Source of the DNA: Nitrospirota bacterium
GTDB lineage: Bacteria; Nitrospirota; Thermodesulfovibrionia; SZUA-242
NCBI GenBank assembly: GCA_016212095.1
Contig: JACRHH010000024.1
Coordinates: forward strand, 7,482 to 71,481
Reading direction: 5' to 3'
Length of the DNA: 64,000 nucleotides
The number at the start of each line of letters is the position of its first letter. Positions within the stretch are counted from its first letter, which is position 1. A model generated the notes under the pieces. The model worked only from the letters and a program-made list of their open reading frames with translations. It ran no database searches and had not been told where the DNA came from. Both the position numbers and the translations under genes were made by a program. Shown one piece after another: positions 1-9,811 of this stretch.

Positions 1-82
1 TTCCGGAGCCCAAGGGTGAGCGGCTGATGTATGCGTGAGGTTAGCCGGATACACGGTATCAAATCCGTTGCACGGGAAACGT

Positions 83-1297
83 ATGGCCGGGCGATTTGAC
101 CAAACCGGCTGCAAGCAGCCGGAAGTTGACCAAACCGGCTGCAAGCAACCGGAAGTTGACCAAACCGGCTGCAAGCAACCGGAAGTTGACCAAACCGGCG
201 GCCAGCCGCCGTTGCCTGTTGACGAAAGCGACAGCACCGGCGAGATGATTCGCCGCATCATCGCCGTGTTCGCCGTGGCGGTTCTTGCCGGCGGATGCCT
301 GATGGTGCTTGCGCCGTTTGCGGTGACGCTTCTGTGGGGCGCGATTCTGGGTTACTGCACGTGGACGCCTTACGTCAGGCTTTCGGCGCTGCTTGGCGGC
401 AGGCGCGGGCTTGCGGCGGGATTGCTGGTGCTTCTGTTCATGCTTGTCCTGATCGCGCCGTTTCTGTACGCGGGCGCAAATCTGGTGTCGCACGCCGACG
501 CCATATCCGGGACGATAAGGAACTGGATCGATAACGGACTGCCGCAGCCGCCGGACTGGATAACCGGCATTCCGCTTGCCGGGCCCGCGATACGCAACTA
601 CTGGGATGCGGCCAGCCTGGCCAATCCCGAAACAATCTCCGAACTTCGCAAGCTGGCCGCGCCCACAGCCGAATGGCTGCTCTCAAGCGGAGCCTCGGTT
701 GCAAGCGGCATTCTACAGATGATATTCAGCGTGCTGATAACATTCTTCTTCTACACCGGCGGAGAGGAAATCGCCGCCATGCTCTCGGCTGGAACAAGGC
801 GCATAGCCGGGACAAAATCGGCTCATCTGCTGGAGCTTGCGGGGCGGACGATAAAGGGCGTGGTTTACGGCATTCTGGGAACCGCGCTGGCGCAGGGGGT
901 GCTTGCCGGTTTCGGCTTCTGGATTTCCGGCGTTCCGGCGGCCGGCGTGCTTGGGCTGGTAACGTTTTTCCTGTCTGTCGTGCCGATGGGGCCGGTGCTC
1001 ATCTGGGGGCCGGCGGCGCTCTGGCTCTATCACGAGGGCAGCGCGGGCTGGGCCATATTCATCGTGGTCTGGGGCATCGCGGTCGTGAGCATGGCCGACA
1101 ACATCATCAAGCCGCTTCTTATAAGCAAGGGAAGCGCGATGCCGTTTATCCTGGTGATGATCGGGGTGATGGGAGGAGCGTTCGCCTTCGGATTCCTTGG
1201 CGTGTTCACCGGCCCAACGCTGCTTGCCGTGGGTTACGCCATGCTTCGCGACTGGACGTCCGATGTTTCTGGCGATGACTCCGGTGTCGAGGCATGA
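83..1297 (+). CDS. AI-2E (PerM/YdiK) family transporter
   Basis: Multiple TM helices; motifs GTALAQG, DNIIKPLLIS, GVMGGAFAFGFLGVFTGP. Start uncertain (ATG 83 or ATG 245). Confidence 0.85.
   Translation: MAGRFDQTGCKQPEVDQTGCKQPEVDQTGCKQPEVDQTGGQPPLPVDESDSTGEMIRRIIAVFAVAVLAGGCLMVLAPFAVTLLWGAILGYCTWTPYVRLSALLGGRRGLAAGLLVLLFMLVLIAPFLYAGANLVSHADAISGTIRNWIDNGLPQPPDWITGIPLAGPAIRNYWDAASLANPETISELRKLAAPTAEWLLSSGASVASGILQMIFSVLITFFFYTGGEEIAAMLSAGTRRIAGTKSAHLLELAGRTIKGVVYGILGTALAQGVLAGFGFWISGVPAAGVLGLVTFFLSVVPMGPVLIWGPAALWLYHEGSAGWAIFIVVWGIAVVSMADNIIKPLLISKGSAMPFILVMIGVMGGAFAFGFLGVFTGPTLLAVGYAMLRDWTSDVSGDDSGVEA
96..211 (+). repeat. 30-bp tandem repeat (3 full copies plus 1 degenerate)
   Basis: TTGACCAAACCGGCTGCAAGCA(G/A)CCGGAAG at 96, 126, 156 and a degenerate copy at 186; encodes DQTGCKQPEV in frame. 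Confidence 0.95.
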
Positions 1298-3627
1298 AAA
1301 GGGATCACCATTCAGGCGGGCGGCGCGAGGGCGTTGGCGAGGTTTTGGCCCGCCTGAACGATCTGCGTTTCGGCCCGCTCGATCTGATGCCCCGCGCCAC
1401 GCTTGCCGAGAAACTGATCGAGCTTGCGCTTGCCGGCCCCCCGCCTGGAGCCAACGAGGCGATCGAACGCCTGCGCGAGCTTCAGGGCGGTCTTGCCGGT
1501 GTTGACACCCGCGACGCAAAGGTGGTGGTGCTTGGCGGCGGATCCGGTCTGTCGAACATCGTCGGCGGCGATTCCCGAAGCGATATGTGGCCCGCCTCCC
1601 CGTTCATGGGGCTGAAAGAGATTTTTCCGCACACAACGTCCATCGTGAGCATCGCCGACGACGGCGGTTCCACGGGCGAGCTCATCAGGCAGTTTCCGCT
1701 GATAGCGCTTGGCGACATTCGTCATGTGCTGCTTTCATCCGTCCAGATGCGTGAACTACGGAACCGGTACGGCATCCGCGACGGCGCGGCCCGCAGGATT
1801 GCGGGCGTTCTGCACCGTCTGATCAACCACCGCTTCGAGGCAAGGCCCGCCTCTCCGGAATCGCTTCTTGATGCCGCCGGCGTAAACCTGGCCGGAACGC
1901 CGCTTGCCATGGCGCATGGAATTCTCGAACTGCTCGAACTTCTATTCACACACAAGGAGCTTTCGAAGTCGCTTGATACGCCCCACTGCCTCGGCAACCT
2001 GCTTGTCGCATCGGCCATATTCAGGGCGGCGGCATCGCAGTCGGCGCGCGAAATCATGGGCGAGCATATTGTTGCGGGCGTCCGGGCTCTGGCGTCCCTG
2101 ATCGGCGCGCGCGCCGGAGCGGTTCTTCCGTGCTCTGTCACTCCGGCGCAACTCAAGGTGCTCTACAACAACGGCGTGCTTGTCACCGGCGAATACAAGT
2201 CGAGCGTCGCAAGACGCGGCTATCCGGTAGACCGGGTTTTTCTTGAGTTCGCGAGCGAGCCGGAGATTCCGGCGGAGGTCATGCGCAGGATAGACGAGGC
2301 CGACATAATCGTGCTTGCCCCCGGAAGCACATACACCAGCATCGTGCCGGTGCTTCAGGCTCCCGGCATTGCCGACGCCATCCGCCGCAACAAAGGCGCG
2401 CTCAAGATACTGGTTGCCAACCTCTGGGTTCAGCGCGGCGAGACCGATCTGGTGTACGACGATCCGGCCCGCCGCTATCATGTGTCCGATCTTATCAGCG
2501 CCTACAACCGGAACATACCCGGCGGCGTCGGCGGACTGTTCCGGCAGGTGATGGTTCTTGGGCTTCAGCGCATTCCGGGCGACGTGATCCAGAACTACGC
2601 GGTGGAGAAGAAGACGCCGATATATCTGGACAGGGCCAATGTCTCGGCGATGGGTTTCGAGCCTGTCGAGGCGATGATATTTTCGCAGGAGGCGCTCCAC
2701 GCAAGGAACGTCATCCAGCACGATCCGGCGTCGATGGCCCTGACGGTCAAAACCCTCTGGGCGATAAAGGACTATTGCAACCGCGACGACTGCGCCGAAT
2801 GGCGCGATCTTCCCCTGACGTATTCCGACAAAAAACCGATTGTGCGCAGGGACGGAGCCACGCCGTATGCCCGCATGAGGGAGGCGGGGGCCAGACTGGG
2901 CGGGCTTGACATGAACGAGGCGATGAGGGATGCCTTTACCCGGCTGCTATGGAACCACCGCGACATTCCGCTCGATCATCTGGATCTGATTAACGGCGCG
3001 GTCTTTATCGACAAGGCCGACTGGCGAAGAAGCCAGGACTGGGATAACGTGCTCTCCTTTTACGATCCGCAGGACGGCATTGTGAAGCTCAGAAGCGATA
3101 TCGAGGCCAATCCGCTGCGGTTTGAGGTGGGCCTGCTGGTTGCGATAGGCGAATCGCTGCTTGGAAACTACGCTGCGAAAAAATGGGTTGCCCCTCTTAA
3201 CGGCGGCGGCGACTGCTTCGGCAAGGTCTACAACCTGCAACTCTGCCCTCCGGATGAGCGGCGCTGTTATCTTTCGGAGGTTGAGCTGCACGACTACCTT
3301 ACGCTTGTGCGCATGTGCCGTTCCGATTCCGACGATTTTCTCTACCGCCGCGTGATCGGCGGATCGCGCGCGTTCACTCCGCCCGGCCTGATGTTCGGGC
3401 TTACATACGCATGGTATATCGACAACCGGTTCGCGTCGCATATCGAATACAAGATGTCTATCATGAAGATGGAGATAACCGACCTGATCCCGGAGCAGTT
3501 GAGCCTGCTTTTCTTCAGGAGGGCGCTTGTGGAATTCTTCAGGCGATGCGTGTTCCGGTGCGAGCTTTCGACGTACACCGGCATCAGGCGCGAGCATGGG
3601 CGTGGCGGCGCGGTCATAAATGGATAG
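1294..3627 (+). CDS. YvcK/CofD-family protein with long C-terminal extension
   Basis: VVVLGGGSGLS, ADDGGSTG, GDIRHVL, HCLGNLL, ADIIVLAPGSTYTSIVP motifs; 777 aa. Confidence 0.8.
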   Translation: MKRDHHSGGRREGVGEVLARLNDLRFGPLDLMPRATLAEKLIELALAGPPPGANEAIERLRELQGGLAGVDTRDAKVVVLGGGSGLSNIVGGDSRSDMWPASPFMGLKEIFPHTTSIVSIADDGGSTGELIRQFPLIALGDIRHVLLSSVQMRELRNRYGIRDGAARRIAGVLHRLINHRFEARPASPESLLDAAGVNLAGTPLAMAHGILELLELLFTHKELSKSLDTPHCLGNLLVASAIFRAAASQSAREIMGEHIVAGVRALASLIGARAGAVLPCSVTPAQLKVLYNNGVLVTGEYKSSVARRGYPVDRVFLEFASEPEIPAEVMRRIDEADIIVLAPGSTYTSIVPVLQAPGIADAIRRNKGALKILVANLWVQRGETDLVYDDPARRYHVSDLISAYNRNIPGGVGGLFRQVMVLGLQRIPGDVIQNYAVEKKTPIYLDRANVSAMGFEPVEAMIFSQEALHARNVIQHDPASMALTVKTLWAIKDYCNRDDCAEWRDLPLTYSDKKPIVRRDGATPYARMREAGARLGGLDMNEAMRDAFTRLLWNHRDIPLDHLDLINGAVFIDKADWRRSQDWDNVLSFYDPQDGIVKLRSDIEANPLRFEVGLLVAIGESLLGNYAAKKWVAPLNGGGDCFGKVYNLQLCPPDERRCYLSEVELHDYLTLVRMCRSDSDDFLYRRVIGGSRAFTPPGLMFGLTYAWYIDNRFASHIEYKMSIMKMEITDLIPEQLSLLFFRRALVEFFRRCVFRCELSTYTGIRREHGRGGAVING

Positions 3628-3799
3628 CACAGCTGATGCCCTCAGGCGGCGATTGACCGAAGCGGCTGTTGACGGCAGAATCTCCTGCGCGCGCGCCAGA
3701 AGGATCGCGGAGGAGCTCGGAGTATCGTACAGGGATGTCGGCGCGGCTGCCAACGGGCTTGGCCTGAAGATTTCGGCCTGCGAACTCGGCTGCTTCTGA
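3620..3799 (+). CDS. Small 59-aa Cys-containing protein ending ISACELGCF (not in ORF track)
   Basis: ATG 3620 to TGA 3799: MDSTADALRRRLTEAAVDGRISCARARRIAEELGVSYRDVGAAANGLGLKISACELGCF; fills the gap between yvcK and fdhD. Confidence 0.8.
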   Translation: MDSTADALRRRLTEAAVDGRISCARARRIAEELGVSYRDVGAAANGLGLKISACELGCF

Positions 3800-3806
3800 A
3801 ACGGCA

Positions 3807-4589
3807 ATGCTGCTAACGTCAGCCGAAGTACTGATATTGAAGGTGAGGGATGACGCCGTTGAGGAGGTGATCGACACCGTTGCCGCCGAACGATCGATTC
3901 TTCTGAAGATAAACGGCGAGCCGGTTGTTTCCCTGCTCTGCACGCCGTCCGACATCGACGCGCTTGCCGTGGGCTTTCTGATCTCCGAGGGGTTCCTGTC
4001 CGCTGCTTCGCAGCCGCGTTCGGTTGCGTTCGATGAAAAAAAACTGGAGGTTGCGGTCGAGGCGGAACTTCCAGCCGGCTGGCGCGACATGACCGAAAGC
4101 CGCGCGATTACGCCCGGATGCGGACGCGGCGTCACATTCACCGCATCATCCGGCGCGGCGCGCCTGAAAGCCGTGAAATCGCGCGTGAAGTCAAATCTGC
4201 CTGAAATTCGGGCAATCGTGGAAACGTTTCGCCGCCAATCCCTGCTTTATGCGTCAACCGGAGGCGTTCACAGCGCCGCCATATTCGGTGGTAAAATCAT
4301 GCTGTTTTTCGCCGAGGACATAGGCCGCCACAATGCGGTTGACAAGGTGATCGGCATGGCCGCGCTTTCGGGCGCTTTGCTTGACGACAAGATTCTGGTT
4401 TCGAGCGGACGCGTGTCGGGCGAGATAATGACAAAGGTTGTGCGAAGCGGCATTCCGGTGATAGTTAGCCGTGGCGCGCCCACATGCGTGTCGGTCTCGC
4501 GGGCCGAGGATTCCGGCGTCACGCTTGTCGGTTTCGCGCGCGGAAACCGGATGAACATCTACAGCCATCCGTGGAGGATCATTCAATGA
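3807..4589 (+). CDS. fdhD: Formate dehydrogenase accessory sulfurtransferase FdhD
   Basis: LAVGFLISEG, TPGCG, TGGVHSAA, EDIGRHNAVDKVIG, SGRVSGE, TLVGFARG. Confidence 0.95.
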   Translation: MLLTSAEVLILKVRDDAVEEVIDTVAAERSILLKINGEPVVSLLCTPSDIDALAVGFLISEGFLSAASQPRSVAFDEKKLEVAVEAELPAGWRDMTESRAITPGCGRGVTFTASSGAARLKAVKSRVKSNLPEIRAIVETFRRQSLLYASTGGVHSAAIFGGKIMLFFAEDIGRHNAVDKVIGMAALSGALLDDKILVSSGRVSGEIMTKVVRSGIPVIVSRGAPTCVSVSRAEDSGVTLVGFARGNRMNIYSHPWRIIQ

Positions 4590-5863
4590 CCCCTGAATCC
4601 ATCGACATGCTGGGGCGCGCGCCGCTTGTAATCCTTGCGGAGGCTGTTTCGATGATGCTTTCCCGCATACCGGCCTGCCGCCTCGATTTCGAGGATATTC
4701 CGCTTGAAGATGCCTTGGGCAGAATCACGGCCCGCGACATTGTGTCGCCGGAAGACATGCCGCCGCATCCGCGCGCCACGATGGACGGCTACGCGGTGCG
4801 CGCCCGCGACACCTTCGGCGCGATGGAATCGCTGCCGTCGTATTTCGAGATCGCGGGCGAGGTGGCCATGGGCGAAAAGCCGGACAGGCCGGTGGTTGTT
4901 GGAGCTTGCCACCGGATAGCGACCGGCGGCTTCATGCCGCCCGGAGCCGACGCGGTTGTGATGCTTGAGCATACGGTTGAGGCGGACAGGCGGATGATCG
5001 AGGTGGTGCAGCCCGTGGCGTCCGGCGGAAACGTGATTCAGGCGGGCGAGGACATGCGGCGCGGCGATGTTCTTGTTCCGGCGGGACACAGGCTTCGCCC
5101 CGCCGACATCGGCCTGCTTGCGGGCGCTGGCATGGTTTCGGCTCCTGTGCGTCGGCGCGCGCGCGTCGGAATAATTTCAACCGGCGACGAGATTGTGCCG
5201 CACGCCGAAACGCCGCCCCCCGGCAAAATGCGCGACATAAACGGCGTGAATATCGCCGCGCTTTCGAAATCATGCGGCGCGGAGCCGCGATTCTACGGCA
5301 TCGCGCCGGACGATGAATTGGCGCTGCGGGAGATGCTCGAACGCGCGATTTCCGAAAACGACCTGGTGGCGCTGTCGGGCGGAAGCTCGGTCGGAAGCCG
5401 CGACACAGCCGCCCGCGTGATGAATTTGTTTGGCCGAAACGATCGAAGCGGCGGCATAATCGTTCACGGCATTGCGATGAAGCCGGGCAAGCCGGTGATA
5501 ATCGCCTTTGCCGGAGACAAGCCGGTGTTTGGGCTTCCGGGCCATCCGGCTGCGGTATCTGTTGCGTTCCACGCGGTTGTGCGTCCGGCAATCGAGAGAA
5601 TTTCCGGGCTTGCGGACGCCTGTGTGCCGCGAATTCTGCCCGCGCGGCTTGCCCGCAGCCTGAACTCAGCGGCAGGCCGCCGCGATTTCATCCGCGTGAA
5701 GGTTGAGCGCATCAATGAGCCGCCCGGATTTTCGGCCATCCCGCTGCTCGGCAAATCAGGCGCGATCTCCACCATCGCCCGCGCCGACGGCTATGTTGTA
5801 ATCACGGAAGAACGGCAGGGAATCGCGGAGGGCGAGGCGGTGAATGTGGAGATTTTTGATTGA
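4586..5863 (+). CDS. moeA: Molybdopterin molybdotransferase MoeA
   Basis: ATMDGYAV, IATGG..P.GADAVVMLE, STGDE, SGGSSVG, KPGKP, GLPGHP; ATGA overlap with fdhD stop. Confidence 0.92.
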   Translation: MTPESIDMLGRAPLVILAEAVSMMLSRIPACRLDFEDIPLEDALGRITARDIVSPEDMPPHPRATMDGYAVRARDTFGAMESLPSYFEIAGEVAMGEKPDRPVVVGACHRIATGGFMPPGADAVVMLEHTVEADRRMIEVVQPVASGGNVIQAGEDMRRGDVLVPAGHRLRPADIGLLAGAGMVSAPVRRRARVGIISTGDEIVPHAETPPPGKMRDINGVNIAALSKSCGAEPRFYGIAPDDELALREMLERAISENDLVALSGGSSVGSRDTAARVMNLFGRNDRSGGIIVHGIAMKPGKPVIIAFAGDKPVFGLPGHPAAVSVAFHAVVRPAIERISGLADACVPRILPARLARSLNSAAGRRDFIRVKVERINEPPGFSAIPLLGKSGAISTIARADGYVVITEERQGIAEGEAVNVEIFD

Positions 5864-5908
5864 TGAGGTATTTCCCGTGAAACCGGCGCTGAAACTGGAG
5901 CGGCATAA

Positions 5909-7144
5909 ATGCATCACATGACAGGCAACAGCGCTTCACCACTGGAAACCAGAATCACCGGTTCGCTTGTCACGCGTTTCTGGCTTGAACTTTTCGGCAA
6001 CTCGGCCCACTTCCCCATCGCAAATATCATGCTGGAGCTGCTTTCGGAGAAACCGCTCGATTATCTGGGCGCGCCCGACCTTTACACCATCGTTTCCGCA
6101 AGCCTGGTTCAGGCCTATTTGCTGGCGCGATGGAGGATCGGGCCAACACCGCGCCGTTTCTGGGGCAATCTTGTAGGCCCCGCCTTGTACACGCTGGTTG
6201 AAAGCCTGGTGGAAGGGCCGCGATTTTTTCTTGCCACGCATCATCTGGCCTATTGGGGTTTCGCCGTTGCCGTCGGCGCCATGCAGGCGCAGCGGCTCCG
6301 CCTGCCGCCCGGCTTCAGCGCGCCGCTTATCGTGATCGAAAACATAACGCGCACATCCATTCTTTTCTTCATGTATGTTGTTTTCGAAACACTGGTCAAT
6401 CCGGCGCAAACCGCTTCCCTGAGCGATTTTATCGGCGATACGAGCCATCAGTTCATCGGATTGGCCGTGCTTTTTCTTGGGCTCAGCGTCGGTCTTGCCA
6501 ATCTGACGACAGAACGTTATCTTGCCCTGTTGAAGATGACCTCGACGCAGCTCAGGACATACTCCGAGTGGCTGCTTGGCCGCGACCTGCTGGGCCAGAC
6601 ATTCGTCAATCCGTCTGCCCTGAGCCTGACCAGGCGCGAACGGACGGTGATGTTCATGGACATCCGCAGCTTCACGCGCTGGAGCGAGGCGCAATCTCCC
6701 GAAGCGGTCGTGGATCTGCTGGACAGGTATTATCAGGTTGCGGAGTCCGTTATTTCCGGTCATGGGGTCATAAAATTCAAGCTTTCGGCAGATGAGGTGA
6801 TGGCCGTTTTCCCAACCGCCGAACAGTCCGTCCGCGCCGCGCTTGAACTCCGCGCCGAAGCAAGCCGGTTATTGTCGGGCTATAATCTTGGCGTCGGCAT
6901 CGGGCTAAATAGCGGCCCGCTGGTTGAAGGGCTTCTGGGAAGCGCGGAAGTGAAATTCTACGATGTTATCGGCGATACGGTGAACACGGCCAAGCGCATG
7001 GAAAGCGCGGCCCAAACCGCCGAAGTGCTGATTTCCGAAAGCATCCGGAACGCGGTGGGCCAGACGTTTCGAACCGGCCCAAGGCGCGAGATTGTTGCCA
7101 AGGGAAAGGAAAATCCATTGGCCGTGTATCCTCTGGAAAATTAG
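5909..7144 (+). CDS. Membrane-bound class III adenylate/guanylate cyclase
   Basis: N-terminal TM segments; TVMFMDIRSFT, GIGLNSG, YDVIGDTVNTAKRMES. Confidence 0.85.
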   Translation: MHHMTGNSASPLETRITGSLVTRFWLELFGNSAHFPIANIMLELLSEKPLDYLGAPDLYTIVSASLVQAYLLARWRIGPTPRRFWGNLVGPALYTLVESLVEGPRFFLATHHLAYWGFAVAVGAMQAQRLRLPPGFSAPLIVIENITRTSILFFMYVVFETLVNPAQTASLSDFIGDTSHQFIGLAVLFLGLSVGLANLTTERYLALLKMTSTQLRTYSEWLLGRDLLGQTFVNPSALSLTRRERTVMFMDIRSFTRWSEAQSPEAVVDLLDRYYQVAESVISGHGVIKFKLSADEVMAVFPTAEQSVRAALELRAEASRLLSGYNLGVGIGLNSGPLVEGLLGSAEVKFYDVIGDTVNTAKRMESAAQTAEVLISESIRNAVGQTFRTGPRREIVAKGKENPLAVYPLEN

Positions 7145-7153
7145 ACGGTCGAG

Positions 7154-9109
7154 ATGAACCGCAACATCTACATATCAAACACCCCGCTTGAAGACGCGCT
7201 CAAGCTCTGGAGCGCCGCGCTTGAGGCGCGCGGATGCCTTGCGCCGCTGCCGCCGGAAGCAATTCCGGTTGACGATTCCCTTGGCCGCGTGACCGCCGAG
7301 GCTGTGTTCGCGCCGCGCTCGTCGCCGTTTTATAACGCCGCCGCCATGGACGGAATCGCCGTCTCGTTTGCAAGCGCCGCGGGCGCGAGCGAGGCCGCGC
7401 CGGTGCGCCTGCGCGAAGGCGATGAGTATGTTTGCGTAAACACGGGCAGGCCGATTCCCGATGGTTTCGACGCCGTGATAATGATCGAGGATGTTCACCG
7501 GGCCGGGCCGGGCGTGGTGGAGATAATCGAGCCGGTCACGCCGTGGAAGCATATCCGCCCGATAGGCGAAGACATCGTTGCCACCGAGCTTATCCTGCCG
7601 GAAGGACATTTAATCAGGCCGATCGACGTGGGCGCGATGCTGGCCACGGGCCTTACCCGCGTGAGCGTGCGGAGGATTCCGAAGGCGCTCGTCATTCCGA
7701 CCGGCGACGAGCTTGTGCAGCCGGGCGAGCCTGTTTCGCCCGGCAACATCGTGGAGTTCAACGGGCGCGTGCTTGCCGGATATTTGCGCGAATGGGGCGT
7801 TGAGGCCGCGCGAAGCGAGATCGTGCGCGACGACACGCAACTGCTTGAGGCCGCCATATCGCGCGCGGTTTCCGGGTTCGACATCGTGATAACAAACGCC
7901 GGCGCGTCCGCCGGAACAAAGGACAACACAGCCTCCGTGATCGCCGCGCTGGGCGAGGTGATAGTGCATGGCGTGAACATCAAGCCGGGCAAGCCGGTTG
8001 TGCTTGGCATCGTCGGCGGCAGGCCGGTGATCGGGCTTCCGGGTTATCCTGTGTCGGCGGTGCTGACGATGCGGCTTTTCGCGCGCGGGCTTGCTTACGC
8101 GATGCGCGGCCTGCCGGAGCCCAGGCAGGAGACGGCCTCGGCCATGCTTGCGCGGCCTGTTTCGTCGAAGATGGGCGTGAACGAGTTCATCCGCGTGAAG
8201 CTTGGGTGCGTGGGCGAAAACCTGATGGCCACGCCGTCGGGCAGGGGAGCAGGCGCGGTGATGTCGCTTGTTCAGGCCGACGGAATTCTGGTTGTGCCTG
8301 CCGGAAGCGAGGGAATTGGCGCGGGCGAGAAGGTGACGGTTGAGCTTCTGCGCGGCATCGACGAGATAGAAAATACCATTGTTGCAATCGGAAGCCACGA
8401 CAACGCTCTGGACGCGCTGGCCAATTTTCTGCATGTTTGGCGCGATGTCCCGCGAGGCTTGCCGAGAGGCGGAAGCACCACGCGACTTTCCTCCGCGCAC
8501 GTCGGAAGCATGGGCGGCATACTGGCGATAAAGCGTGGCGAGGCGCACATGGCCGGAACGCATCTGCTGGATGAGGAAACCGGCGAGTATAACATTGCGT
8601 TTATAAAGCGTTTTCTGCCGGACACGCCGCTTTTGCTCGTGAATCTGGTTTACCGCACCCAAGGCCTGCTCGTGCCGAAGGGCAATCCGAAAGGCATCCG
8701 CGGGTTTGAAGACCTTGCGCGCCCGGACGTGACCTTCATCAACAGGCAGAGGGGCGCGGGAACAAGGCTGCTAACCGACATGTACCTGAAAAAACTGGGC
8801 ATTGCGCCGGAAAGCGTGCGCGGCTACGACCGCGAGGAATACACCCACATGACAGTGGCGTCAGCCGTGGCGTCGGGCTCGGCTGATTGCGGGCTTGCGA
8901 TTCTTGCCGCCGCCCGCGCGCTTGGTCTGGATTTCATTCCGGTTGCTGGCGAGCGGTACGATCTGATCATTCCCAAGGCATATGCCGACGATGCTAAAAT
9001 CCGCGCCCTTCTTTCGGTAATCCGCGAAAACCGCGAGTTCCGCGAAACGGTGGAACGCATGGGCGGCTACGACATGCGCGACTGCGGACGGGTGATGTAC
9101 GAACAGTAG
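7154..9109 (+). CDS. MoeA fused to PBP-like (molybdate/tungstate-binding) domain
   Basis: AAMDGIAV, TGDEL, KPGKP, GLPGYP, then GSHD, GSMGG, NRQRGAGTR, ERYDL. Confidence 0.92.
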   Translation: MNRNIYISNTPLEDALKLWSAALEARGCLAPLPPEAIPVDDSLGRVTAEAVFAPRSSPFYNAAAMDGIAVSFASAAGASEAAPVRLREGDEYVCVNTGRPIPDGFDAVIMIEDVHRAGPGVVEIIEPVTPWKHIRPIGEDIVATELILPEGHLIRPIDVGAMLATGLTRVSVRRIPKALVIPTGDELVQPGEPVSPGNIVEFNGRVLAGYLREWGVEAARSEIVRDDTQLLEAAISRAVSGFDIVITNAGASAGTKDNTASVIAALGEVIVHGVNIKPGKPVVLGIVGGRPVIGLPGYPVSAVLTMRLFARGLAYAMRGLPEPRQETASAMLARPVSSKMGVNEFIRVKLGCVGENLMATPSGRGAGAVMSLVQADGILVVPAGSEGIGAGEKVTVELLRGIDEIENTIVAIGSHDNALDALANFLHVWRDVPRGLPRGGSTTRLSSAHVGSMGGILAIKRGEAHMAGTHLLDEETGEYNIAFIKRFLPDTPLLLVNLVYRTQGLLVPKGNPKGIRGFEDLARPDVTFINRQRGAGTRLLTDMYLKKLGIAPESVRGYDREEYTHMTVASAVASGSADCGLAILAAARALGLDFIPVAGERYDLIIPKAYADDAKIRALLSVIRENREFRETVERMGGYDMRDCGRVMYEQ

Positions 9110-9133
9110 AGACGCATCGCAATGCGTCTCTAC
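9106..9133. repeat. GTAG-type REP-like palindrome
   Basis: GTAGAGACGCAT-CGCA-ATGCGTCTCTAC; related copies at 27696 and 34514. Confidence 0.8.
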
Positions 9134-9322
9134 CCGCCCGCGCCCTCGTCATATCCGCTTGAAATCGTTTCATCCCCCTTGCAGTTGCATACACTGCCGC
9201 GTTCCTGATAACTTATCCGTTACTATCTGGGCATGTCTGTTCAGGTATTTCATCCTGACTTAAAGGCAGGGCATACGGTTTCCCACGCAGCTTGACAATG
9301 CGAAGCCGTCGCCGGTTGGAGC

Positions 9323-9811
9323 ATGCAAACTATGAACGATAACGACACATCAAAGCTCGAAGCCGTTTTCGAGCGGTATTCAACATCCGGCGGAAACATC
9401 ATCTCCGCCCTTCAGGACATGCAGGAGGAATTCGGCTATATCCCCGAAGACGCCGTTTACATGTTCGCGGACAAGTCCGGAATTCCGGCAAGCAAATTCT
9501 TCGGGGTGGCCACGTTCTATGCCCAGTTCTACCTTCACCCACGCGGCAGGAACATCGTGACAGCATGCTGCGGCACAGCCTGCCACGTGAAGGGCTCCGA
9601 CCGCATAATCTCGCGGCTTACCGACGAGCTTGGCCTGGCCCACGGCGAGCACACTACCAAGGACGGCATGTTCACGCTCGAAAAGGTGGCCTGCGTGGGC
9701 GCGTGCAGCATAGCGCCGGTGGTGATCGTCAACAAGAAGGTGTATGGCAAGATGACGCCGGACAAGACGGTGAAGGAACTCAATACATACAGGGAAGAAA
9801 AAAGTGAGTAA
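9323..9811 (+). CDS. NuoE/HydC-like [2Fe-2S] subunit
   Basis: GVATFY.QF, CCGTACHVKG, ACVGAC..AP. Confidence 0.92.
   Translation: MQTMNDNDTSKLEAVFERYSTSGGNIISALQDMQEEFGYIPEDAVYMFADKSGIPASKFFGVATFYAQFYLHPRGRNIVTACCGTACHVKGSDRIISRLTDELGLAHGEHTTKDGMFTLEKVACVGACSIAPVVIVNKKVYGKMTPDKTVKELNTYREEKSE

Noticed and set aside
96..211. 30-bp repeats as a CRISPR array
   Set aside because: Units are directly adjacent with no unique spacers, and no cas genes are in the window
5870..5885. parS-like site ATTTCCCGTGAAAC
   Set aside because: Several mismatches to GTTTCACGTGAAAC and not palindromic
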